NCBI GenBank assembly: GCA_031414595.1
Contig: JANNVX010000088.1
Coordinates: 96,001-160,000, forward strand
Length of the DNA stretch: 64,000 bases
Direction of reading: 5' to 3'
DNA from: Deinococcales bacterium
Lineage (GTDB): Bacteria; Deinococcota; Deinococci; Deinococcales; JAAFIG01
Part shown: positions 1-11,196 of the stretch, one piece after another
How the letters are laid out: each line of letters opens with the position of its first letter
How positions within the stretch are numbered: the first letter of the stretch is position 1
Translations under genes and position numbers: made by a program
Notes under the pieces: model-generated
Told to the model about the DNA's origin: nothing
The model's input: the letters and a program-made list of their open reading frames with translations, nothing else
The model's database searches: none

Positions 1-183
1 GATATTCCATTCGCAGCCACCTTAGCTGATAAATGGATTGATGATTCTGGATTTTTATTAATTCCACAAGAGCTTGAAGTCGTTGTCCTTAACCCAAGAC
101 TTGGTATCGAAATACAAAGCCGTCATATTCGAGTAGTATTTCAGAATACAGTTTACAATCAATCAAAAGTAAGTCATTTGTAA
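1..183 (+). CDS. 3' end of a hypothetical protein (partial, starts before window)
   Basis: Frame 1 open from base 1 to TAA at 181-183 (DIPFAATLADKW...SKVSHL*); AT-rich. Confidence 0.4.
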   Translation, partial: DIPFAATLADKWIDDSGFLLIPQELEVVVLNPRLGIEIQSRHIRVVFQNTVYNQSKVSHL

Positions 184-237
184 GACGCGTGGTATCGAAA
201 ATATGGTGTACACTTGTAACAGGTAAGGAGGTATTTT

Positions 238-591
238 GTGGGTCAAGATATAAAACTACAACAGGCATTAGCGCAACTATGGGCAATAGCTGACGATTAT
301 GATTCACGTGGACTTTTGTCTGCCCCTGATTGCTTTCCGACCATTGGCGCATTTGCCGATGATGCCCCTGATATACATTTTGCTCTACTGAATGGTCTGT
401 TGGATTCTTCTTTATCAGACAAAACAAACAATACCTTTGAATACGTTGCGTTATTTAGCAGTGCAAAAGCCTTACAGTCATCCATCCCTGATGTCAGTCA
501 TCAGCCATTTTCTTATTCGGAAAATATGACCCGAAAGTGGAATTCCAAACAATTTAGCTTATCCTATTCCAATGACACTTGGGCAAATTAG
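238..591 (+). CDS. hypothetical protein
   Basis: 117-aa ORF preceded by AAGGAGG Shine-Dalgarno. Confidence 0.55.
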   Translation: MGQDIKLQQALAQLWAIADDYDSRGLLSAPDCFPTIGAFADDAPDIHFALLNGLLDSSLSDKTNNTFEYVALFSSAKALQSSIPDVSHQPFSYSENMTRKWNSKQFSLSYSNDTWAN

Positions 592-652
592 TCATTAGAC
601 GCTTATAAAGCATCTATTTCTTTCTTCAACTAATTGTCTTAAACTACTCCCC

Positions 653-1444
653 ATGCCTACGCAGTCTATTCGTTTTGACAATGGTCCTAAGCTCTATCCG
701 TTCAAAACCGATCTTGAATTTGCTCTGAACTCTCGAGTGGTGGTCAATTCGCGGCGTGGCTTAGAAGTCGCAACTGTGCGAGACACGGCTCGAGGCAATT
801 CTGAACATGTTGGCGGCGAAATTTTGCGCCAAGCTAACTTAGAGGACATCCAGCGCTGGCAGAAACTCGAGTCTGATGCCAATGACCTCAAATGGTTTTT
901 ACGCGCCAAGGTGCGTGAGTACCGAATGCCAATCAAAGTTGTGGCGCTCGAGTTTACTTTGGATGGCTCTACCCTGACCGTATCGTACTCGAGTGAAGAA
1001 AAACAAGAATTGCGCCATTTGATTCAGGACTTAAATGCTAAAACTTCGGCTCATATTCATTTTCATCCCGTTGGTGCAAGAGACCAAGCACGGATTTTGG
1101 GGGTTTTGGGGGTCTGCGGGCGCGAAAACTGCTCGAGTCATCATTTACAAGAATTCACACCAGTCACGATTCGCATGTCTCGAGACCAACAACTGCCACT
1201 TAATCCAGAAAAAATCTCGGGTCCGTGTGGGCGTTTACTGTGCTGTTTACAGTACGAACACGAAATGTACATTGATTTACTCAAAGGCTTACCGCGCAAA
1301 GGCGCAAAAGTATGCAGCACCGAAGACGAAAGTATGTGCGGTAAAGTCATGAAAATTAACCCACTAAAACAAACGGTTGAAGTGAAATCCGACGAAGGCG
1401 CTTGGTTTGAAATTGCCAAAGAGAACCTAAAAGCCGTGCGGTAA
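653..1444 (+). CDS. PSP1-domain / RicT (YaaT)-like Fe-S regulatory protein
   Basis: GVCGRENCS and ISGPCGRLLCCLQYE motifs; TAAACT-N7-ATG leaderless start. Confidence 0.88.
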   Translation: MPTQSIRFDNGPKLYPFKTDLEFALNSRVVVNSRRGLEVATVRDTARGNSEHVGGEILRQANLEDIQRWQKLESDANDLKWFLRAKVREYRMPIKVVALEFTLDGSTLTVSYSSEEKQELRHLIQDLNAKTSAHIHFHPVGARDQARILGVLGVCGRENCSSHHLQEFTPVTIRMSRDQQLPLNPEKISGPCGRLLCCLQYEHEMYIDLLKGLPRKGAKVCSTEDESMCGKVMKINPLKQTVEVKSDEGAWFEIAKENLKAVR

Positions 1445-1473
1445 TCAAATCACTGCTTTGGTGGCTGTACCAA

Positions 1474-2046
1474 TCACTGCTTTGGGTTGCAATACTCGAG
1501 CCAACCGTTTTTACCCAGCACCCCATTGCTCGAGATGACTAAGCTGTAAGACGCATTTGGTGCTTTGACTGTCGCGTTGCCAATATACATATTAAAAACT
1601 CCAAATTGTCGGTTTGCGGTGATTGGCTTCCCCGTTTTTTGGGCTTGGCTGATGGTCTCAAAAAAGAACTTGGCAAAATCTTTGCTGTTTTGTTCAGTGA
1701 TGCCAAGACAAGCCCCCGCCATGTATGCCATGAGTCCGCCCGAAGCATTGGCAAATTCGGCTAAGTCTTTGGGGGCAGCGTTGTAAGAAACACCAATACT
1801 ATTGGCAATGCCCACATCCTTAAAACCCACTAAGGAAATCCCAAACGGAATGCTATTTTTCTTATTACCGATGTACAAAACACTGTTTTTGTAGGCGGCT
1901 TTTGCACCATTGATGTTCATGGTTTGGGCTGCGCTCATGGCTGTAATCATGCCTGATTTTGTCCATTCGGCTCGTAATGAACGCGCATAGAGTTTCTCGG
2001 CAAACACCAAACTCGAGAGCAATACAATCATAAGAAGATATTTCAT
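1474..2046 (-). CDS. secreted hypothetical protein
   Basis: Signal peptide MKYLLMIVLLSSLVFA; 4-bp overlap with upstream gene. Confidence 0.7.
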   Translation of the reverse strand: MKYLLMIVLLSSLVFAEKLYARSLRAEWTKSGMITAMSAAQTMNINGAKAAYKNSVLYIGNKKNSIPFGISLVGFKDVGIANSIGVSYNAAPKDLAEFANASGGLMAYMAGACLGITEQNSKDFAKFFFETISQAQKTGKPITANRQFGVFNMYIGNATVKAPNASYSLVISSNGVLGKNGWLEYCNPKQ

Positions 2047-2585
2047 TTGACGGACACCTCGAGCTTAAATTCGGCGGCGGTAATTTCTTTTGGGGCGCTA
2101 ATTCCAATTAAAACATTTTCATTGCCTTTTGCACCTGTCGAAACATACCGTGTGTGGTCTTGGGTTTGGTTCTTAAAGGGTCTGTCCCACTTAAAATCAG
2201 CTTCACAAGCCCTAATATTTGAGATTTTTGGTGGAACGCGGTAATCGGTTGAACCTGCCATGTAATACCAGAGACTTAGATTCAGATTTGGGTCGGTTGG
2301 AATGACTCGGACAGTAATTTCTCCTATCCCAGAGAACTTGGTCGGAATCGCAAACATTTTGTGTTTGCTGGCAAATTTCCAAGCCTGCAATTGTACAAAA
2401 CATGCCATATCCGAACGCCAAGCCCAAGATAAATCTGGCATCTCCACACCTGTCTCGAGATTGCCGATGATGCTCACAACTTTACCTCGTTCGACTGGAA
2501 TTAAACGCGTTACGGTTTCCGGGTAACTGGTTTGGGCAAAAGCCAATGGTAACAAACAACTGACGATAAGCAACCGAATTTTCAT
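2043..2585 (-). CDS. secreted hypothetical protein
   Basis: Signal peptide ending AFA-Q; translationally coupled in operon. Confidence 0.7.
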   Translation of the reverse strand: MKIRLLIVSCLLPLAFAQTSYPETVTRLIPVERGKVVSIIGNLETGVEMPDLSWAWRSDMACFVQLQAWKFASKHKMFAIPTKFSGIGEITVRVIPTDPNLNLSLWYYMAGSTDYRVPPKISNIRACEADFKWDRPFKNQTQDHTRYVSTGAKGNENVLIGISAPKEITAAEFKLEVSVK

Positions 2586-2764
2586 ATAAACTCCTTTTGA
2601 ACCATCATCTGATTTTTAGTCCGACTGGAACTGACCTCGAGATACCGCGCCAGTTCTAGCAGGCTCGAGAAGCGCAGGACAACCCCGTTTCCTTCGAGAA
2701 TGGCGCTCCAAGGCTGACCTGTTTTGGCTGGAATGATTTTTAAGTGGTACTCGAGGTCGGACAT
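2582..2764 (-). CDS. small hypothetical protein (WxAxLE...FxSLxELxxYL type)
   Basis: 60-aa ORF, 5 bp after the lipoprotein stop and overlapping the next start (ATGA). Confidence 0.6.
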   Translation of the reverse strand: MSDLEYHLKIIPAKTGQPWSAILEGNGVVLRFSSLLELARYLEVSSSRTKNQMMVQKEFI

Positions 2765-2769
2765 GGTTA

Positions 2770-4482
2770 TTAGAAAGTTCTTGGACCAAAGGCTTCAAAT
2801 GACTTGGGATCCATTGGCGTGGCGCATGAGCGCAAGCCTGTTTGTACAAAAGTCACGTAGTTCTGACATTCTCGGTAGGTGTAATTCCAGCTTTTGGTGG
2901 TTGTTCCACCACTTGAATCTGTGGCTGTGACCGTAATGGTTTGTTGTTTTGCCACACCGTTTAGTCCACCGTTAATTCTTCTGTCCTCGATGATATGCGG
3001 TCCTGGGTTGGTGGTCGCCCCATTGCCATTGTTGCCAAGTTCCCAAACTACGGTACAGCAACGTATCCCATCTTCGGCATCGTCGGTTTGAATATCGGCT
3101 TTTGGCAAGGTAATGTATTTTGTACCTGCGGGAATACCAGCCAACGGAACTCCATTTACATCTGTATTGACAGCCAATTCGATTTCGTCACCAGCCAGTG
3201 GATACTGAACAATGATGCTCGGTTTGATATTCGGGGCTTCGGCAAGGTCGTAACGTTTCTCAAAGATTTCTTCTTTGACATCAGCCTGAATCAACCCAAA
3301 CATATCTATTTCTAAGCCGATACTGACATCAAATCCGCCTTGCAAAGACCAAGTTGGGGTGCGTGGAAAACCAGCTTCAAATTCTACAAATAAGCCAGCT
3401 GTAACAGTAGGACCACCAATCCCGAAGACCAGCACACTGGCTTCGGCTTCAACTCGAGCTTCGGCGTTCATGTTAATACTGACATCAATCCCAGAAGTCG
3501 TAATATCGTTATCAAAACGGTCATAGGTTCGTAGTGTGCCGTTGTCCAAGGCAATACCAGCCGTGAATTCCATGCGTTGATTGGCGCTCCACTTAAAATT
3601 AACACTGACTTGACCAGTTAGACTCACCTCGAGATCAATTTCTGGTACAAAGGTCAGTGGTATAAATCCAACTGGAATTACAATAATTGGCAGTGGAACA
3701 GTTCCTAGTGGAATGCGTTTATCTAGGGTACGCGATAATTCGCCTTCTACTTTGAGGTTGGTGGTTTGAATCACTTTGACGTTGGTGTCTAAGAATGGCT
3801 TGCTGCACAAAAACCCTTCGCACTTAAAAACAAACATAAACTCGAGGCTAATATCTACGCTGCCAGAAACGCAAACTTGGTCGTTTTTAGTCGAGGTATT
3901 CCCATCCAAGTTGACTGGACAGAAGTTAATCTGAACTGGGAACCCTAGGGCTTGTGGCTTTGCACCTTGAGGCTGCAAAGCCTGTTTTTGACCATTGGGT
4001 AAAATAATGTATTGGGCATCGGATAATTTCATTTTGCGTTGAACACGGAAACCACCCGCCGTGAAAACCTCGTTTAGCTTGCCTTGCACGGTTTTGACCC
4101 GCACAAAACCATTTTCCCTGACCACAGAAGTGATTTTTCTTAAGATTCCACGACGCAATTTAGGTGTTCCTCTGGCAACAATGGTATTTCCAACCTCGAG
4201 TTTGCCACCAGCCGCCAGTAATCCCACGGGGAGTTTGGCTTCTTCAAAGATTACTTCGCCTGTGCTGCGGTCTACTTTGACCACAGCGGCTAACAGGGCT
4301 GCATCTAAAACCACGGCTTTACTCGAGACAGTTGTATCGGTCAGGTTTTTGACATCGGCTGGCAGACCCTCAATAATTGGGGTGGTGTTTGGGTCATCTT
4401 CTGGGGTGATCACTGGGGTTGGTGTGTTACAAGCCGCGAGAATAAAAGCGATAAACAAAGTCAGTGCCAAGATTTTTTTCAT
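2770..4482 (-). CDS. large lipoprotein of unknown function
   Basis: Lipobox ILAAC; AAGGAG RBS; beta-strand-rich body. Confidence 0.8.
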   Translation of the reverse strand: MKKILALTLFIAFILAACNTPTPVITPEDDPNTTPIIEGLPADVKNLTDTTVSSKAVVLDAALLAAVVKVDRSTGEVIFEEAKLPVGLLAAGGKLEVGNTIVARGTPKLRRGILRKITSVVRENGFVRVKTVQGKLNEVFTAGGFRVQRKMKLSDAQYIILPNGQKQALQPQGAKPQALGFPVQINFCPVNLDGNTSTKNDQVCVSGSVDISLEFMFVFKCEGFLCSKPFLDTNVKVIQTTNLKVEGELSRTLDKRIPLGTVPLPIIVIPVGFIPLTFVPEIDLEVSLTGQVSVNFKWSANQRMEFTAGIALDNGTLRTYDRFDNDITTSGIDVSINMNAEARVEAEASVLVFGIGGPTVTAGLFVEFEAGFPRTPTWSLQGGFDVSIGLEIDMFGLIQADVKEEIFEKRYDLAEAPNIKPSIIVQYPLAGDEIELAVNTDVNGVPLAGIPAGTKYITLPKADIQTDDAEDGIRCCTVVWELGNNGNGATTNPGPHIIEDRRINGGLNGVAKQQTITVTATDSSGGTTTKSWNYTYRECQNYVTFVQTGLRSCATPMDPKSFEAFGPRTF

Positions 4483-4512
4483 GTGCTTCTCCTTTTACTT
4501 AGTTTGCCTAAG

Positions 4513-4534
4513 TTGCGTTTCATTTGCGTTTCAT
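4513..4534 (-). promoter_or_regulatory. perfect 11-bp tandem repeat (TTGCGTTTCAT x2), putative SARP/AfsR operator
   Basis: Exact direct repeat 6 bp upstream of a CAAACT -10-like hexamer on the minus strand, between divergent lipoprotein and regulator genes. Confidence 0.6.
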
Positions 4535-4567
4535 GGGAAAAGCCTGAATCGTTGTAGGCTAATGGTC

Positions 4568-7423
4568 ATGCAACTTCAATTACTTGGAGCAGCCAGCATT
4601 TACAAAAATCAGGTTCTCGAGCCTTTGCCTTTGGCTCGTCCAGCGTGGTTGTGTTTGTACTTGGCATTGCGTGGCGATTGGGTAGCAAGGGACGAACTGG
4701 CTTGTGTTTTTAGACCCGAAGATTCGGAAGAAACAGCCCGCAATGCTTTACGTCTTATTTTTCACCGAGCAAAGCAATTTGATTGGGCAAAAGGTTTAGA
4801 AGTAGAAGCTAAACGCGCTCGGTTTGTGGTCAAAACCGATGTCGCAGATTTTAGGCTGCTGATTCAAAACAAAAATTGGCTCGAGGCATTAGAAATCTAT
4901 AAAGGCGGTCTGCTCGAGGGGTTTGCCGCACCAAGTTTAGTTGCCCTAGAAGCATGGCTAGGGTTTGAACGCGAACAACTGCATGATTTATGGCGCGAAG
5001 CAGTTTTGGAGCGGGTTGTGGAACTAAGCGCCATTCGCAATTATGGTGTGGCGATTTCATGGCTCGAGAAGTTACTGCACATCGAACCCTTTTGCGAAGT
5101 GGCAATTCAACACCTGATGCAGTGTCATCTGGCTGGGCATAATCGTCAAGCTGCCGAACGGGTCTATCAGCGTTTCTCGAGTTTACTGGCTGAGGAATTT
5201 TCCTTGAACCCCAATGCCAAGACCAGTGCCATTCTTGAATCAACCAAGCAAGTCAAAGAAATGGTAACGGTACTGCCTAAAAGCATCATGCCATTATTTG
5301 GGCGCACAGCTGAACTCGAGCAGATCAGAATTTGGTTGATTGGAACGAATCGTTTGGTCAGTATTGTTGGTCTTGGAGGTACTGGAAAAACCCGTCTGGC
5401 ACTCGAGGCAGCCCGTTTACTAAGCCCAGAATTTACCGATGGCACAGTTTTTATTGATGGCACAGCCATTGGTCAAGCCAACCAACTCCTAAGTGCCTTA
5501 GCCGCCGCTTTGAATTTACAAAGTCAACCGACCCAAAACTTTGAGCAAACCCTACTGGTTTTCCTCAAAGAAAAAGCTATCTTGCTTGTGTTGGACAACA
5601 TGGAACATTTACTCGAGACAGATGGTTTGATTGGGCGGATGCTCTCTAGCGCCGAGCATCTGCGGGTCTTGGTCACCACCCGAATTCGCTTAGGGATGAA
5701 CGACGAAACCATACTTGATTTACTGGGTTTACCTGTTCCAAAAAATCCGCTCGAGATTCCAAATAACCAAGCGGTGCGCTTATTTTTACAAATTGCTGGG
5801 CGCTTAACAAAACAAAACCTCGAGCCTGATTTGGTGGCAAAAATCGTGCAGAAACTCGAGGGACTACCACTGGCAATTGAATTGGCGGCGCGTTGGTCGC
5901 GTCTGCTCAATTTGGAGCAAATTCTGGCTGAACTTGAAAAAAGTCAGTTGTGGCTCGAGACCGACACAACCGATGTCCCAGAGCGCCACCGCAGTTTGCA
6001 AGCGGTTTTGCAAAGCACTTGGGTGCAATTAACCCTGCGCGAAAAACAGGCACTCGAGGCTTTATCGGTCTTTCGGAGCGGTGCGAGTTTAGATGGCTTA
6101 CAGGCGGTTGGGCAAACGCAATTGCCAACTTTATTGGCTTTAATCAATAAGGGTTTAATTCGCAAAGACGACCAGAACCGGTTTTCGTGCCATGAAATGA
6201 TTCGGGAGTTTTCTGCGGCACAATCAAATGTACTGAGTCACTTTCAAGCTCGTCATGCAAATTATTTTGCCGAACGTTGCAGTCATTGGGGAAAAGCCCT
6301 GCGACAACCAAAAACTTTACAAGAAATGGATCGTGAAGGCTCGAACTTAAATGTTGCCATGATGTATTGGGTAACTCATCAACCTGATACGCTCGAGCAG
6401 CACTTAAGACTTTTAGCCGACTACTGGGATGTGCGTGGATTGGCTTTTATCGCCCTTAATTTCTTAACCAGTTACTCAGCCCAAAGTGGGTCAATTCTCG
6501 AGGGGAGAACCAATTTTTGGCATGGTACTTTTCTAAAATTGACCAACAATTACACAAAAGCACTGCAAGTTCTCGAGTTATCAGCACAGCAACTCAAACA
6601 TGCTGAATGCCCAGAAGAAGCTGGGCGAGCCTTTTTGCAAATTGGATTTATTTATTTTGACCAAACTAATTATGTAAAAACACAAGAAGCTGTGATTCAA
6701 GCCCAACTTTGCTTCCAACTCGATGAAAATAGAGCCGAATGTTTTAACCTGCTTGGTGGGATTGCCAAACGCCAATTGAATTATCAACTTGCACTGACGC
6801 ATTACGCACAAGCTCGCAGCATTCATCTAAAACTAAATAATGCTCACGGACTAGGCTCAATCCTCAATAACATTGCCAATGTACATGAGGTTCTGCAAGA
6901 GGATTTGGCTGCCTTTGAAACATATCAGCAGTGTTTAGAAATTTTTACCAAGCTAGGGCATCAACGAGCAATTGCTTTACTACATTCAAATCTTGGGTTT
7001 TTAGCAACCAAACTTAAACGCTTTGAAAAAGCCCGAGAACACCTGAGCATCAGTCTCGAGATTCGCAAAACCATCGGAGACCAAGCAGGCGAAGTGACGG
7101 TATTAACAAATTTAGCCATCCTTGGAGTAGCCATTAAAAACGCAGAACTTGTTTTTCAATCGCTACAAGCGGCTTTATCTTTAGCTCTGCAACTCAACTT
7201 TACTTCTCGAGCCTTAGATGCCTTCAAAGTCTTAGGGGAATGGTACATCGAAAGTCATCCAAATTTAGCAGGTCAGATTCTTCAAACTGTTTTTGAACAT
7301 CCGAATACCCATGCAGAAACCAGACCAGCAACTAAAAAACTATTGGAGCATCTGCCTATACCGAACAAACCGTTGCCACTTGACCAATGGCAGAGTGCTT
7401 TTTTGAAAACAAGCCGAGTTTGA
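4568..7423 (+). CDS. AfsR/SARP-type regulator: wHTH-BTAD + NB-ARC (STAND) ATPase + TPR
   Basis: GLGGTGKT Walker A, LLVLDNMEH Walker B, GLPLAIEL, C-terminal TPRs; real start at 4568 (TAGGCT-N7-ATG), not 4061. Confidence 0.88.
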   Translation: MQLQLLGAASIYKNQVLEPLPLARPAWLCLYLALRGDWVARDELACVFRPEDSEETARNALRLIFHRAKQFDWAKGLEVEAKRARFVVKTDVADFRLLIQNKNWLEALEIYKGGLLEGFAAPSLVALEAWLGFEREQLHDLWREAVLERVVELSAIRNYGVAISWLEKLLHIEPFCEVAIQHLMQCHLAGHNRQAAERVYQRFSSLLAEEFSLNPNAKTSAILESTKQVKEMVTVLPKSIMPLFGRTAELEQIRIWLIGTNRLVSIVGLGGTGKTRLALEAARLLSPEFTDGTVFIDGTAIGQANQLLSALAAALNLQSQPTQNFEQTLLVFLKEKAILLVLDNMEHLLETDGLIGRMLSSAEHLRVLVTTRIRLGMNDETILDLLGLPVPKNPLEIPNNQAVRLFLQIAGRLTKQNLEPDLVAKIVQKLEGLPLAIELAARWSRLLNLEQILAELEKSQLWLETDTTDVPERHRSLQAVLQSTWVQLTLREKQALEALSVFRSGASLDGLQAVGQTQLPTLLALINKGLIRKDDQNRFSCHEMIREFSAAQSNVLSHFQARHANYFAERCSHWGKALRQPKTLQEMDREGSNLNVAMMYWVTHQPDTLEQHLRLLADYWDVRGLAFIALNFLTSYSAQSGSILEGRTNFWHGTFLKLTNNYTKALQVLELSAQQLKHAECPEEAGRAFLQIGFIYFDQTNYVKTQEAVIQAQLCFQLDENRAECFNLLGGIAKRQLNYQLALTHYAQARSIHLKLNNAHGLGSILNNIANVHEVLQEDLAAFETYQQCLEIFTKLGHQRAIALLHSNLGFLATKLKRFEKAREHLSISLEIRKTIGDQAGEVTVLTNLAILGVAIKNAELVFQSLQAALSLALQLNFTSRALDAFKVLGEWYIESHPNLAGQILQTVFEHPNTHAETRPATKKLLEHLPIPNKPLPLDQWQSAFLKTSRV

Positions 7424-7455
7424 TAAATTTCTAAGCCAATGCTGTGACTCAAATT

Positions 7456-8766
7456 CTAGGCAGCATTAACCAAGGTCATTTCATCATGGCAAATGTTCAC
7501 ACCAATACTCGAGAAACGCTCGATTAAACGCTCGTAGCCACGGTTGAGGTACTGCACCCCGTCAATTCGGCTTTCGCCCTCGGCGGCGGCTGCCGCAATC
7601 ACAAGGGCTGCACCAGCCCGAATATCGGCGGCTTTAACGGGTGCGCCATGCAGCTTAGAGCCTTCAATTAAAATGCTATGGTCTAAAACTTCGGTTTTTG
7701 CACCAAGTCGGTTCAGTTCGCCACTGTAGCCAAAACGGGTGGTGTACACAGGGTCAGTAATTCGGCTGTGACCATCTAAAGTGGCAAGGTAGGCTGCCAT
7801 CATTGGTTGTAGGTCGGTTGGGAAACCAGGAAACGAAGAAACGGTCACGGAGACTGGCTTAAGCGCAGCCTTACGAGCATCCAAATGAATCGTGGTGGTG
7901 TCCAACTCGAGGATATGAACCCCGCTTTCGGTCAGTTTGGCGGTTAATGCCCGCATATGTTCGGTGTTGGCATTGGTCAGGGTCAGTTCGCCCCTTGTTG
8001 CGGCAGCAGCCAGTAAGTATGTGCCAGCCTCGAGTCGGTCTGGAATAACGCGGTATTCGCCACCATGCAGGGCGGGTACTCCCTCAATCTCGAGCGTATG
8101 TGTGCCAATCCCACGGATTTTAGCGCCAAGGTGATTGAGAAAATTGCACAAGTCTATCACATCGGTATCTATGCTGCTGTTCTCGAGTCGAACAATGCCT
8201 GTACCCAGTACACTTGCACAAACCGCGTTTTGCGTTCCGCCGACGGTCAATAAATCAAACACAAAACGACCCGTTAAAGGGCGGTCACGGACAGCAATAA
8301 AATCGCCGTTATTTTCGACTATCGTTGCGCCCAAAGCACGTAAGGCTTTGATGTGCTGGTCTACGGGGCGTACCCCAAAAGTACAACCGCCGGGTTGTGG
8401 CACTCGAGCCTCACCGACCCGAGCCAGCAGTGGTCCTAAAACATTAAAACTGGCTCGCATTTTGGAAACAAGGCTATACGGCGCTTCGACACTGGTGATT
8501 TCTGGAGCATGAATCGTTAAGGTGTGTTCGGATTGCCAGGCAAATTTCACCCCAAGGCTCGAGACAATCGCCAGAATCACTTCGACATCCGATAAACGCG
8601 GAATGCCGTGCAAGGTCACAGGTTCAGAACATAAAATACTGGCTGCTAGAATCGGCAGGGCAGCATTCTTACTTGGATTGACCGCTAAAGTTCCCGAAAT
8701 TGGGTTGCCTCCGCGAATAAGAAGCGGTGCGCTGGACATGGTTTTTGATTCAAACAGTGGTGGCAT
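7456..8766 (-). CDS. murA: UDP-N-acetylglucosamine 1-carboxyvinyltransferase
   Basis: KNAALPI, PGGCTFGVRPVDQH (active-site Cys), FPGFPTDLQP, DIRAGAAL. Confidence 0.96.
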   Translation of the reverse strand: MPPLFESKTMSSAPLLIRGGNPISGTLAVNPSKNAALPILAASILCSEPVTLHGIPRLSDVEVILAIVSSLGVKFAWQSEHTLTIHAPEITSVEAPYSLVSKMRASFNVLGPLLARVGEARVPQPGGCTFGVRPVDQHIKALRALGATIVENNGDFIAVRDRPLTGRFVFDLLTVGGTQNAVCASVLGTGIVRLENSSIDTDVIDLCNFLNHLGAKIRGIGTHTLEIEGVPALHGGEYRVIPDRLEAGTYLLAAAATRGELTLTNANTEHMRALTAKLTESGVHILELDTTTIHLDARKAALKPVSVTVSSFPGFPTDLQPMMAAYLATLDGHSRITDPVYTTRFGYSGELNRLGAKTEVLDHSILIEGSKLHGAPVKAADIRAGAALVIAAAAAEGESRIDGVQYLNRGYERLIERFSSIGVNICHDEMTLVNAA

Positions 8767-8959
8767 GGCTGGACTCCCTTTTTCCCTGTATGGTGGGACA
8801 CCTTTAATGTTTAAGCTACACCCGAATCTCGAGCATCATATGAGTATATTACACATCAACAGTAAAAAGCGAGATAGCTCATAATCAGACTTTCACTCTA
8901 AATTATGTGAACACACAAGTGTCACACCAGTATCATCAAACTCGTGATAACATCAACCC

Positions 8960-9184
8960 ATGCCGAAGAAAGAAAAAAAGCGTCTCCAAGTCGTTATCAG
9001 CGACGAACAAGACGCACTTTTAACCAAAGCTGCCTATGAACTCAGCAGCCCAGAACGTCTTGTTTCCAAATCTGAAGTGGTGCGTTTGGCTATCGAAAAA
9101 ATCAGTGCCGAACTCGAGAATTCCAGCGCCCTCGAGCCACTCTTGAAGCAATTGCTGGCAGAAGAAAGAGATGACGAGGATTGA
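8960..9184 (+). CDS. small ribbon-helix-helix (CopG-like) DNA-binding protein
   Basis: KRLQVVIS strand followed by helices, SKSEVVRLAI; TAACAT-N6-ATG. Confidence 0.7.
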   Translation: MPKKEKKRLQVVISDEQDALLTKAAYELSSPERLVSKSEVVRLAIEKISAELENSSALEPLLKQLLAEERDDED

Positions 9185-9593
9185 AGAGCAGAGGAAAGAG
9201 GAAAGGGGAAAGAGAAAGGTTTTTATTCCTCCTTCCTCCCTCCTCCTTCCTCTATTGTGTGCTTGTAGTTTCACTTTTATTCCCTTTGCGCCTCAATCGC
9301 TCGAGATTCCACCCGCGATTATTATTGCCAATGACAGTGCTTTGAGCCGCAGTCAAAATACGATTGTGCTGCGGGTTAAACTGACTAAAGTACCAAACGA
9401 AGGCTACTTGAGTGCTAGTTTGTACTTAAAGACCGACCGCACTGAAAAGCGCATTGCCGAAGATAGTAAGTTAATTACTACAGCCTCGAGGGAGCTTGTG
9501 TTTACTTTCCCAGAAGCCAAAATCGGGCAGTACCGTGCTTATTTGTTTTGGCAGGGCAGCATTGTACGGCAATTTGAATTTGTATTGAAGTGA
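9171..9593 (+). CDS. putative lipoprotein
   Basis: LLCAC lipobox; N-terminus encoded by a heptamer repeat; start uncertain. Confidence 0.6.
   Translation: MTRIEEQRKEERGKRKVFIPPSSLLLPLLCACSFTFIPFAPQSLEIPPAIIIANDSALSRSQNTIVLRVKLTKVPNEGYLSASLYLKTDRTEKRIAEDSKLITTASRELVFTFPEAKIGQYRAYLFWQGSIVRQFEFVLK
9184..9253. repeat. inverted heptamer tandem repeat (GAGGAAA)n / (TTCCTCC)n
   Basis: 4 purine heptamers followed by 4 pyrimidine heptamers; sister element at 23881. Confidence 0.75.
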
Positions 9594-9642
9594 GTTGTTT
9601 TTGGTGTCTCGAGCATGCCGCCCTTGGTCTTTGCTTGGATAG

Positions 9643-11121
<1,479 letters not shown>

Positions 11122-11196
11122 GGTTGTTTTGAGCGATGAACCGCATACGCCAATTTACCGATGCTTAGGGTCAGCAATTTTTAGTAAACTCAGAAC

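Noticed and set aside
595-606. 12-bp match TTAGACGCTTAT with 35438-35449
   Set aside because: Many 12-mer matches are expected by chance in 64 kb.
4061-4567. N-terminal ~169 aa of the 1120-aa ORF
   Set aside because: Antisense shadow of the lipoprotein gene; BTAD-regulator homology and the leaderless -10 point to a start at 4568.
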